Both the position numbers and the translations under genes were made by a program. From Epithemia pelagica (Eukaryota > Protista > Bacillariophyta), in the NCBI GenBank assembly GCA_946965045.2, contig OX337235.1, positions 1,736,001 through 1,800,000 of the forward strand: 64,000 nt of DNA. The letters are read 5' to 3'. Position 1 is the first letter of the stretch. Every line of letters starts with the position of its first letter. Below are positions 33,801 through 42,339 of the stretch, piece after piece. The notes below the pieces were generated by a model. That model saw only the letters and a list, made by a program, of their open reading frames with translations. It did no database searches and had not been told where the DNA came from.

Positions 33801-36495
33801 ATCACCCACCCATTCCGGTCGCACTCCTCTTGAGGCTCTCTCCGGACGCCCACCCGACATTACTCATCTCTTGTTCTTTCCTTTCTGGGATGAAGTTTAC
33901 TACCGTGTCGACCCCGCTGAACCCAATTCTGGTTCATATCCATCTTCTTCTGATGAGAAACTTGGCCACTGGGTTGGTTTTGCTCACAACGTTGGTGATT
34001 CTTTTACTTGGAAGATTCTCACCCAGGATAACCAGATCATCTACCGTTCTGCCGTTCGCCGTGTTGCATCCACTACACCTAACCTACGTGTGGATCGACC
34101 TTCAGGGGAGGATTCGTCTGAGAAGGATGACAATGATAAGCAAGCTGATACTGTCTTCATTCGCAGTGATAGTGAAGATCCATCCAAACCAATGCCCACG
34201 ATCGATTTTGACGACATGATAGGACGCACATTCCTATGCGACACAGAAGAAAATGGGGAGCGACACCGTGCACGTGTCATCAAACGAGTCATTGATCTTA
34301 ATGAAGAAGCAACGAAACAGGAAGAACGTGTCAAGTACATCTACCGAAAGACAAATTCTGATGTTGATGAGATGATATCCTATAATCAACTCATGGAGTA
34401 TATCGAACGAGATAACCAAGCTCAAACCTCTGGAGATAATCTTTTCAGGTTCAGGGATGTCATTGCCCATCAAGGCCCACTGAACACAACTGATCCAGAT
34501 TACAAGGGGAGCAAATATAATTTGCTTGTTGATTGGGAAACTGGGGAGACTACCTATGAACCTTTATCACTCATCGCCAATGATGATCCGATCACTGTAG
34601 CAATTTATGGAAAGAAACATGGTTTACTCAACGAACCTGGATGGAAGCATTTGAAACGTTATGTCAAAACAAGCAAACGTCTCATTCGAGCAGCCAAGCA
34701 GTCAAGGATTAAACAAGTTCACCATTCCGTCAAGTATAAGTTTGGATTTCAAGTACCACGCAATTATGAGGAAGCTGTCGCTCTTGATAAACAACATGGC
34801 AACACAAAGTGGCAGGATGCAACAGAATTAGAATTGTCACAGATCCAGTCCTACAAGACATTCAAGGATTTTGGGAAAGCCATCTTCATTAAAGGGAAAG
34901 TATCCAATGCACCTGAAGGATATCATAAGATACGTGTACATCTTGTCTTTGACGTAAAACATGATGGACGACATAAAGCAAGACTTGTCGCAGATGGACA
35001 TCTCACAAAAGAACCTGTTGAGACAATCTATTCAGGTGTTGTTTCCATTCGCAACCTCCGCATTGCCTTATTCCTGGGTACTTTGAATGACTTGGAAATA
35101 TGGGGAGCAGATATTGGAAATGCATATCTGGAAGCCTTGACAGGGGAGAAAATTTTCATTGTCGCAGGACCTGAATTCAAGGAATTAGAAGGTCACATCC
35201 TGATTATATACAAGGCACTTTATGGATTGAAGTCATCAGGCGCACGCTGGCATGATGTCTTATTCGATGTTTTGACAGACATGGGATTTTCACCAAGCAA
35301 AGCAGATCCGGATATCTGGATGAGGAAAGCACCTGGAGAAGACTGTTACGAATACATTGCCGTATACGTTGATGACTTAGCCATTATTTCTACTGATCCT
35401 GGGAATATCTGCAAGATCCTGAAGGAGAAATACAACTTCAAACTCAAAGGAGATGGACCTATTGATTTCCACTTGGGATGTTGTTACACCAAGGATTCTG
35501 ATGGAACATTAGTAGCAGATCCAAGACGCTACATTGGTAAGATGATGGACACTTTCGAACGAATCTTCAAGGAGAAACCCAAGAAAGCCAAAACACCTCT
35601 TATTGGTGGAGACCATCCTGAATTGGATGATTCTGAACTCCTTGATGAAGAAGGTACTAGCTATTTCCAAACTCTGATTGGACAACTCCAATGGGTGATC
35701 ACTATTGGTCGTTTCGACGTCTTCACCGCTACAATGACGCTATCACGCTTTCGTGCTGCTCCGAGGAAAGGACATCTTGATAGAGCCAAGCGTATCTATG
35801 GATACCTTGCACATCTCCCAGAAGGCGCAATCAGATTTAGGATTGGAGAGCCCGATTATTCAAGTCTTCCTACCCAAGAATTTGATTGGACTCGCACTGT
35901 CTATCCGAATGCAAGTGAACGTATTCCTGAAGACTGCCCAACACCTCTTGGCCGCTATGTTACCACAACTCATTATGTTGATGCCAATCTCATGCATGAC
36001 ATAGTCACTGGTAAATCCGTCACTGCTGTTCTACATTTGTTGAACGGAACACCTATTGACTGGTACAGCAAGAGACAGAGCACGGTGGAAACTGCTACCT
36101 ATGGATCCGAGTTTGTGGCTGCAAGGACAGCAATAGATCAGATTACAGAATTACGACATTCTCTCCGCTACCTTGGAGTACCTATCCGAGAGCGAAGTTA
36201 CATGTACGGAGATAACAGATCTGTTGTGCTCAATGCAACCGTCCCTCATTCCATACTATCCAAGAGACACCATCTTCTGTCATACCACCGAGTTCGTGAA
36301 GCCATCGCAGCAAAGTATGTTGCATTCTACTGGAAAGATGGAAAGACCAACCCTGCCAATATCCTTAGCAAACATTGGGATTTCGTATCTATTTGGCCCA
36401 TGCTCAAGCCATTGTTGTTTTGGAAAGGAGAAGTTCAAGACCTCAACAAATCCAATGATGACAAGGCTGAAACGACGAGTTGTGGGGAGTGTTAG
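30808..36495 (+). CDS. Copia gag-PR-IN-RT-RNaseH polyprotein, 1895 aa
   Basis: Protease LIDRGANGG; integrase ATDSVF/ISDGG/NKAENRY; RT HKARLVADG, ADIGNAYL, LYGLKSSG, YVDDL; RNase H HYVDA, TYGSEF, GDNRSV. IN precedes RT, the copia order. Confidence 0.95.
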   Translation: MDPQSPKTPTTPKGEDNQDNVSDTDLFDHIIFTVCQFFTKERADYLMKWMKYHGFENITHVISYMQTNTEESMKELTQYKVNKQTHDLQGPTRQQIKLLAYWAIYKTNEIQDELSNSDWMNLTRKEFNTWRINTDFSKGPPSQVPVSPMKSPSSVKSVSTVTAASQSQQDLTAFRKGTKRDATAYEVFKDEQYYDSFWRVFKTTAKAQGLSNVLNFKYTPPHDDEYAEELFQEQQVFLYSVLVRIIQTDQGRAYVREHEHDEDARAVLQKLHSLHTESDLAKREVLRLTNYISNLRLDDTWRGTTRQFLLHFQEQLRLLDNLVTLSDRIPDHTRMTFLMQAVEKVPDLRRVKILDNVVNTKSGAKSLCYQSYFRLLLDAAYDHDQATQSSVHSRRRHVKQHESLYGQDTDADITSQDDMEYHVHNTTATSESPSSLSKVSLPRDLWFKLSEEDRKLIIEYNKMIQAPSSTTPRKVQTHALDIDPEPDPDPNQVASDDDSPGVVPEHPDDSDPVTQFINQAMTADINHPATDLTSVLSNAKSKTSKKVTFKTNMHKQAGHVPRYLFSRKSTLPGNQLIDRGANGGLAGSDMRILSKTGRHITIVGIDNHELTGLPVVTCAAKFETNDGPIVGIFNEYAYYGKGLSIHAPGQFEHFGLAVDERSVKVDGKQRITTLDGRAIPLHIKDGLAYIHSLGIPSDNDMDTLPQIIFTSPDTWDPGVLDHSYSPTPSDNDPDWKHVKTDGSMSNHPYDNYGKYTDRVVCNLNLLLDLPYDHGPDDAPFFSIYADAEGNDPTLHASVHRRYQEAYDWKKFRPFFGWQSEDVIADTFKHTTRNGSITFDHDTLKKHFKARNPVLNIPRRHEPVATDSVFSDTPAVDHGGKVAQIFVGRDTLVTDIYGIKSTKQFVNTLQDNIRFRGAMETLISDGGSSLISQKVKDILRTLLIGEYRSEPYHQHQNKAENRYQTVKRMTNALMNATGCPANTWLLCLEYVCDLLNHTSSPTHSGRTPLEALSGRPPDITHLLFFPFWDEVYYRVDPAEPNSGSYPSSSDEKLGHWVGFAHNVGDSFTWKILTQDNQIIYRSAVRRVASTTPNLRVDRPSGEDSSEKDDNDKQADTVFIRSDSEDPSKPMPTIDFDDMIGRTFLCDTEENGERHRARVIKRVIDLNEEATKQEERVKYIYRKTNSDVDEMISYNQLMEYIERDNQAQTSGDNLFRFRDVIAHQGPLNTTDPDYKGSKYNLLVDWETGETTYEPLSLIANDDPITVAIYGKKHGLLNEPGWKHLKRYVKTSKRLIRAAKQSRIKQVHHSVKYKFGFQVPRNYEEAVALDKQHGNTKWQDATELELSQIQSYKTFKDFGKAIFIKGKVSNAPEGYHKIRVHLVFDVKHDGRHKARLVADGHLTKEPVETIYSGVVSIRNLRIALFLGTLNDLEIWGADIGNAYLEALTGEKIFIVAGPEFKELEGHILIIYKALYGLKSSGARWHDVLFDVLTDMGFSPSKADPDIWMRKAPGEDCYEYIAVYVDDLAIISTDPGNICKILKEKYNFKLKGDGPIDFHLGCCYTKDSDGTLVADPRRYIGKMMDTFERIFKEKPKKAKTPLIGGDHPELDDSELLDEEGTSYFQTLIGQLQWVITIGRFDVFTATMTLSRFRAAPRKGHLDRAKRIYGYLAHLPEGAIRFRIGEPDYSSLPTQEFDWTRTVYPNASERIPEDCPTPLGRYVTTTHYVDANLMHDIVTGKSVTAVLHLLNGTPIDWYSKRQSTVETATYGSEFVAARTAIDQITELRHSLRYLGVPIRERSYMYGDNRSVVLNATVPHSILSKRHHLLSYHRVREAIAAKYVAFYWKDGKTNPANILSKHWDFVSIWPMLKPLLFWKGEVQDLNKSNDDKAETTSCGEC

Positions 36496-37272
36496 AATTC
36501 TCACCGTCTATGGTGGTTAGATTCTACATCTCATCGATTCCTCATGTCACATAGCCTCGTGCTATCGCATCATGCCATCTAGCTTCGAGCTATGTTCCCT
36601 AGCTTCGCGCTATATCGACCTATATTTCTTCGCAAATCATGAAAAGTGAGAATAGATTGACGAACTCACTCTCAAGACTAAACTGGGTCGTGCGGTATTA
36701 CAACGGACGTAAATTTGGCCGTTGCTCGGACATTATACTAACGCCCTAAGCGTACGCGCCCGAAATCATCGAGCGCGCCCAAGCGACATCCGAGCGCTGT
36801 CGGCATCTATCCGACCCAACGGTCTAAGTATCCCAAGCACGACACACAATCACGCGAGACCATATTTCCATTCCCACAATCTCCAAATTGTCAACAAGCT
36901 GCGCGCCATGAAAACAACTATGCCAACCCAAAGCAAGAGCTGTTGACCCTGTATATGTTATCCACCCACATATACATGTCATATACATCACATGAATCGA
37001 CTCCAACTATTCCAAACCTGTTGCCGCCAAGAACCTATGACACATGACCCTTGGCAGGACCGAACATTTCACGTAGACCTATCGTAGTAATCAACACACA
37101 ATCTAACAATATCACCATTTATCACATCCTCTTTTGTGTCCCGACTATCCTTCTGATAGACTTCGACTTGCTTGCTTCTCTGACCCTGAGAAGCTTGTAT
37201 CGGTTGGTGACCTACCTGATTGTCTGCTCTACCGAGCATCAATGTCCCTACGATTCAGAAAGAATTGTAACA
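36490..37272 (+). repeat. 3' LTR of copia A
   Basis: Follows the PPT GGGGAG, ends TGTAACA, then the AGTAC TSD. Confidence 0.95.
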
Positions 37273-37412
37273 AGTACTAATTCACCATTATTGCCTACCA
37301 CGCTATAGGTCTGTTGCTTTGTGCTGTTGTCTTTTCAAAAGTGGCTGAGACCTCACTACAATTGGCTCTCGATCTCATACTAGTCTCAGCTCACACATGC
37401 AGTCTCATGAAT

Positions 37413-38825
37413 CTAGTTGTGAACTGTGGAGTCATCCCCTCCACTAGTAGGGGCAATGGGAGTAGGGGCAGCGGGAGTGTGAGCACGACGACGAGAAGCC
37501 AGACGGTTTGCAATATCCGCGTCACGCCGAGAAGTGCTGGATTTGAGGCCAACGCGACGGCCCCCAGATTCGGCAATTGTCCAATAGGCATACCAGGTCA
37601 GTGAATCGTACGTCTCCCCTTGGAGGTGAAACGTGTGAGGGATGGCGGTGACTTCGGTAGGGACATAAGTCTCGTCGTTCGCAAGCGTGAAGTTGTCTAA
37701 ATAAATCTCCTCGCTGAACTTCAGGAGGTAGTTCATCAACTCGCGACTTTTTCCTGCGGCCTTGATGTCACTTCTCAGACCATTGATGGCATCCAGTGCG
37801 ACCGTCTGCGCACTGGCTTCCATGTCAATCACATAATCTTCGGCATTGTTGCGGGTATGATGGTCCTGGGATGGTCCGGTAAGTAAGATGCATCTGTTCC
37901 ACAAGGACTGGTCCACGTATTTGTGAGGGATCGACGCTGACCACAGATGTCGATCCTCACCCGCGATCAGCTTGCGTATGTGAATGGCATTGCGTATGTG
38001 GTTGTTGTGGCGCAATCCGAGGAGTCGAAAAATCTCAAACTCACGATTTCTCTCCAATTTTGATAGGTCAACATCGATCTCGATCCAGTTCAACGTATCG
38101 ACGGGGGATTCGTTGGAGCTGCTGTCGTCCATTGTGGTGGGTGAAAAGAGAGGGGGCCTGTTGGAGTGCTGTCGTCCTGGAGTTTGTTGGTTTCGCGGAG
38201 GAGTCCGTTGGTTTCGCGGAGGAGTCCGTTGGTTTCGTCGGGGAGGAGTGCGTTGGTATCCTTGTTGCCGACGATTTGGGGAGGCTTTTGTGGCGGGTGT
38301 TGGCTGAAACGACGGTGGTGCAAACGACAATCCACCAAACTGATCCGACAATTCACAAGCTTCGTCGTTGGAAGCGGAAACTTTGTGAGGCGGCCTGTGG
38401 ATTCGGACAGACCCGTCTTCGGTGCTTTCGCTGGAGGCAGAGGATGATGATTCAACAATCTTCGTCGCCTCGGGGATGGATGGGTCAACGTCTCCCTCGC
38501 ACTGCTTAAACGCGTCAATCTCTGCCCTGGTTGTCTCACTGACTTCGGAGACTTGGAGGCTCTGCAAGTGGACGAGGTAGTTCTTGATGGGCAGAAGTTT
38601 GTACCAACTAAACTTCTTTGCAAGCTGCTCTCGTCGCTTCTCGCCTTTGGTTCCGTAAAAGAAGGGGTTTTTCTCTGCAATCTCCAAGAAGCTGACCGAC
38701 TGCCGTGGAAGCTTCGACCTTTCGATGTCACCAACAATCTGCTTCAACTCGTATTGAGCAAAGAGTGTTTGCCTTTTCTCTTTGGCTTTTTTCTCGTTCT
38801 CTTGCTGTTCCTCTTCGGTCTGCAT
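37413..38825 (-). CDS. Accessory hypothetical protein of the PHIS element, about 470 aa
   Basis: Long open frame (likely ATG 38825, MQTEEEQQ) convergent with the transposase once copia A is removed; central 21-bp RNQRTPP tandem repeats. Confidence 0.65.
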   Translation of the reverse strand: MQTEEEQQENEKKAKEKRQTLFAQYELKQIVGDIERSKLPRQSVSFLEIAEKNPFFYGTKGEKRREQLAKKFSWYKLLPIKNYLVHLQSLQVSEVSETTRAEIDAFKQCEGDVDPSIPEATKIVESSSSASSESTEDGSVRIHRPPHKVSASNDEACELSDQFGGLSFAPPSFQPTPATKASPNRRQQGYQRTPPRRNQRTPPRNQRTPPRNQQTPGRQHSNRPPLFSPTTMDDSSSNESPVDTLNWIEIDVDLSKLERNREFEIFRLLGLRHNNHIRNAIHIRKLIAGEDRHLWSASIPHKYVDQSLWNRCILLTGPSQDHHTRNNAEDYVIDMEASAQTVALDAINGLRSDIKAAGKSRELMNYLLKFSEEIYLDNFTLANDETYVPTEVTAIPHTFHLQGETYDSLTWYAYWTIAESGGRRVGLKSSTSRRDADIANRLASRRRAHTPAAPTPIAPTSGGDDSTVHN

Positions 38826-39374
38826 TATGCTCTCGTCTTTTGTCTTGTGACAACAGAAACAATCAACCAGCATGACCGAGCCTTGCTTGCAAGTCAGAGG
38901 CGCCAAACAACAAAGACGAGGATGCCTATCTAGTTGATAAGAACCATAGAGCAATGATTGCCTAAGTCTTCTTCTATTTAAACTCTTTCTTAGGAACATC
39001 GTGGTCAAGCCCTTGACGTGCATGCTACATTCGTTTCCGTGTAGGAGACCAAATGACAGGCGTGACCCCACAACAAGTCAAAAGAGTCTCGACATGCGTC
39101 AAATGATGGATGCTTGTATATAGGGAATGCCGATTTGTGCCATGCATGCGAGGCAGGCTTCTGTCCATCCGTTTCCGCATGGTAGAACGAAAACACAACG
39201 ACGAGTAACAAGCATCTCGACATGCTTCGAATAATTATTGCGTGTATCTACCTAGGTAGAATGCCGATTTGTGCCATGCACGTGATCCCCGTCCGTTTCC
39301 GCATGGTTGAACGGACAGAACACAAGACTCATACATGTGACGGCCCCGGACGTCTCACAAAACAATCAAACACC

Positions 39375-39770
39375 ATGGCTCCAAGCAAGAACGACGGATG
39401 GATCAATTGGAGGTTCTGCAAGTCCAGGGACCTGGTGATCTCGGACCTGGTGGACGGGACGATGCCCATCGATGCGACAGCTTCTGCCGCATGGGACCAT
39501 TACAAGAAGACAGCTGTTTTTATCAAGGAGAAAGTTGTTTGGAGCCAGTTCGAGCAACGCTACAAGGATCACGTCAAGCAGACTCGTAAGAGCAAGTCTC
39601 TCAGTGATCAACAGATGGAGGCTCTACTGTTCGACAGGACCTACTACCCTCGACAGACGAAGAATGACCGTGGAGAGTTGACTTTTGATCTCTCGGAAGC
39701 CAAGATGGAGTTGCGTGCTGATGTTGCGGACGGAAAGCATCTCAAGACTACACCGCTTGAGCTACAACGC
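39375..39770 (+). pseudogene. 5' part of an accessory gene (about 193 aa) disrupted by copia B
   Basis: MAPSKNDGWINW...KTTPLELQR ends at the AACGC TSD and continues in frame at 54521. Confidence 0.8.
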
Positions 39771-40332
39771 TGTTAGGATTCTCACCGAAAACTAGGTGGC
39801 GAAACCTACAACTCATCGAATGATGCTAGTATTTTATGGCATCCGATGACATTTTCCTAAAAGTGAGAAAAGAATGTCGGCATGCTCGCGAAACTATAAA
39901 TTTGGCCACGGCATGCTCGCAGTGCACGCGTTATCGGCGACCGCTCGGATATTAACTATGGCCCAACACGTGCGCGCCCAAAACTATCAAGTGCGCGCCT
40001 CTACTATCCGAGTACGCGCATCCACGATTCGACCTAACGGTCTATGTAATCAAAGCACGAATCACGATCACGCGAGACCATATCTCTGTTCCCACAAATC
40101 CAAGAATGCAAACAGCAACGCGCCCAGGACAAGACTTATACCACGACAAAGCAAGAGCTGTTGCATCCCATACATGTTATCCATCACCCTATACATTCAA
40201 TATACACCAATGCCGGTCTACTCCAACCAGTGAGGACCTATCACATCAGATCCATGGCCGTATACAAGAGCCAGGACTTCGGCACCATCAACCACCTTAG
40301 TTAGTAATCTTCTCACAATCATTAATATCATC
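39771..40332 (+). repeat. 5' LTR of copia B, left part
   Basis: Matches the first 562 bp of 53758-54515 (one mismatch noticed). Confidence 0.95.
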
Positions 40333-40676
40333 CAATACGAGCTAACGTCTATAACCGTTTTTGCAGAACACGTGCCTCCAGCCCCTTTTTCTCACGCCAG
40401 CCTCAAGTTCAGTCCACCCGGCGCGAATATCTACAAAAAACCTCGACACCGAAATGACTAAAACTTCATTAAATAAAATATCTTAGTGACATCGTACCAC
40501 CACTCCAATTCTCCCCATTTTCTCCCAGTCTTGCAAACTCGGAAGCGTTGCTGCACCGAGTTGCCACCGAGTTGCCACCGAGATCAACCATGATCCATTG
40601 GCTGGATATAGACGAGACCAATGACTTCCTCCACGACAATCAAACCAAGAACCTGTAATCTACACATTCATCAAGC

Positions 40677-42251
40677 ATGGCTTTCCGATACCCTCCTGAA
40701 ATCAACTCTCCTCCCGTCTATGTGGATAGCATAGACGACAATCTTCGCGTCGGTAGCTTTGTACACATCAAACTGAAGGGGCAATCTGATGGTACAACAA
40801 CAATCGCCCGAATCCATGCCCGTCTCGGACCAACAGGAATGAGGTTTGTTCTATACCCGCCGTTATTCCCTCACAACAACCGACAACATCCCACTCACCC
40901 TAGTTTACCGAAGCATCATCACCGCAAGATCCTCCTGAACATTGGCTCTCGCAACACCGAACTCTACGAATCAGAAGTTGATTACGATGTCCCCTATAAT
41001 GCAAGTGCCATTATCCTTCACCCCGCCTTTGTATTTTCTATCGAAGAGTTCAAAGAACCCAAGAACTCATGGGCTCATGGGCTTAAAAACGTATTTTTTG
41101 TACGTTTTCGATGCCCCCAGAAACACACCGGAATTCCTGAAGACTCTATTCACAGTCCTCTTTTGCCTCTCAAGTCATACGATCAGAAACTGTGTTTTCC
41201 CAATCAACACACTAAACGTGTTGTATTGGACGAGGCCATTCGTCCTCCACGTTGTTTTCATGAGTCTGCATTCGTAGGCCTGTTCATGATCCGGAAGAGC
41301 ATAACCAAAATTTTGAATAAAAGTAGTGGACAAGCCGAACTGCAAGAAGTTGTTGGAGCACAAATTGGCCTTGTACCCACCGAGACGTGGACTTACATAG
41401 TCCATATGTCTCGTTCTCAAGGCATCAAGGTCCACGTCACCAAAGGCAGTGCTTCGTACATGGACGTAGACCCTGATTTTACCCGTAAGAAAGTGAAAAT
41501 TCAGTACCCGACGACAATCATACGGTACCAAACGAATTCTGAGTTACAGTTTCTCCGAGAAATGCTCGGATTCTGTTCGACTTATGGCTCTACTGAAAAA
41601 AAGCCTACATTGTCCGACGGTGACCGTGGGTTGCCCCTCAAGCGTGAGCACAGGCTTACATTGGTCAATGGATCGGGCAATGAAAATAACGACCCCGACG
41701 CCCCTTTCAAGATCAGGACCCGACAGCAACGAGTGGATCTTTGCTGGTCTAACTTTCACTTTCGTGTGATTGTGGGATATCAGCAATACCACTATTCTGT
41801 TAACAGGGATGGGGAGTTGACGAATGAGCCTCCCACAGAACACTTAGCTTCAGTTCTTGGTGCTGAACCGAAAGACAAACACGTTCTCCGTTCTGACAAA
41901 TCCAAGAACCAATCTCCCAAACAAGCAAAACAAGCTGGACTCCTCAAGGATCCATCTCAAGGCGACAGCCCCGACACCTTCAACAAGATACTCCAAGCGT
42001 CTGATTCTGACTGCAGCTCTGATGAAGGCAACCCCAATGATCTCCCAAATATTCATATTGGTGACCAATTCACGGACGACGACAACGTTTATGAGGTCCT
42101 CTCTGTCCAAGTCAAAGCAAAGGAACCATTTGCTCTTGTACGTGTGGTTGGTGGTGACCTTTTCGATCATTCTCTGCCATTGGACAAACAGTACGTCCGT
42201 AAATGGGATGACCTGGAAGAAGTTATGATGCTTATCGAGGATTTCAACTAG
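40677..42251 (+). CDS. Partner gene of the RAG1-like element, 524 aa, unknown function
   Basis: Intact ORF inside the TIRs, convergent with the transposase (88 bp between stop codons). N-terminal LRVGSFVHI...IARIH is weakly BAH-like. Confidence 0.8.
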   Translation: MAFRYPPEINSPPVYVDSIDDNLRVGSFVHIKLKGQSDGTTTIARIHARLGPTGMRFVLYPPLFPHNNRQHPTHPSLPKHHHRKILLNIGSRNTELYESEVDYDVPYNASAIILHPAFVFSIEEFKEPKNSWAHGLKNVFFVRFRCPQKHTGIPEDSIHSPLLPLKSYDQKLCFPNQHTKRVVLDEAIRPPRCFHESAFVGLFMIRKSITKILNKSSGQAELQEVVGAQIGLVPTETWTYIVHMSRSQGIKVHVTKGSASYMDVDPDFTRKKVKIQYPTTIIRYQTNSELQFLREMLGFCSTYGSTEKKPTLSDGDRGLPLKREHRLTLVNGSGNENNDPDAPFKIRTRQQRVDLCWSNFHFRVIVGYQQYHYSVNRDGELTNEPPTEHLASVLGAEPKDKHVLRSDKSKNQSPKQAKQAGLLKDPSQGDSPDTFNKILQASDSDCSSDEGNPNDLPNIHIGDQFTDDDNVYEVLSVQVKAKEPFALVRVVGGDLFDHSLPLDKQYVRKWDDLEEVMMLIEDFN

Positions 42252-42339
42252 TAATATCCTTCCATCAGCATGATTCTTCTACGACTATCAGATTTTGCTG
42301 TGTTGTGCAAACGATGTACTAGCAATATTAGTCCTAGTC

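Larger units (their letters stand above)
28889..37272 (+). mobile_element. Ty1/copia LTR retrotransposon (CoDi-like) copy A, full length
   Basis: 783-bp TG...CA LTRs; AGTAC TSD (28884-28888, 37273-37277); intact gag-pol; PPT TGTGGGGAG. Confidence 0.95.

Noticed and set aside
39874-40233. ORFs inside LTRs (also 29121-29345, 36722-36946 and 53861-54220)
   Set aside because: Non-ATG or short, and duplicated only because the LTRs are duplicated; no protein-level conservation is evident between the two LTR families.
40333-40358. RSS heptamer/nonamer in the TIRs
   Set aside because: The ends read CAATACG, not CACAGTG, and no nonamer at 12/23 spacing is visible.
40677-42251. RAG2 homologue
   Set aside because: No kelch repeats and no PHD Cys/His pattern; only the gene orientation is similar.
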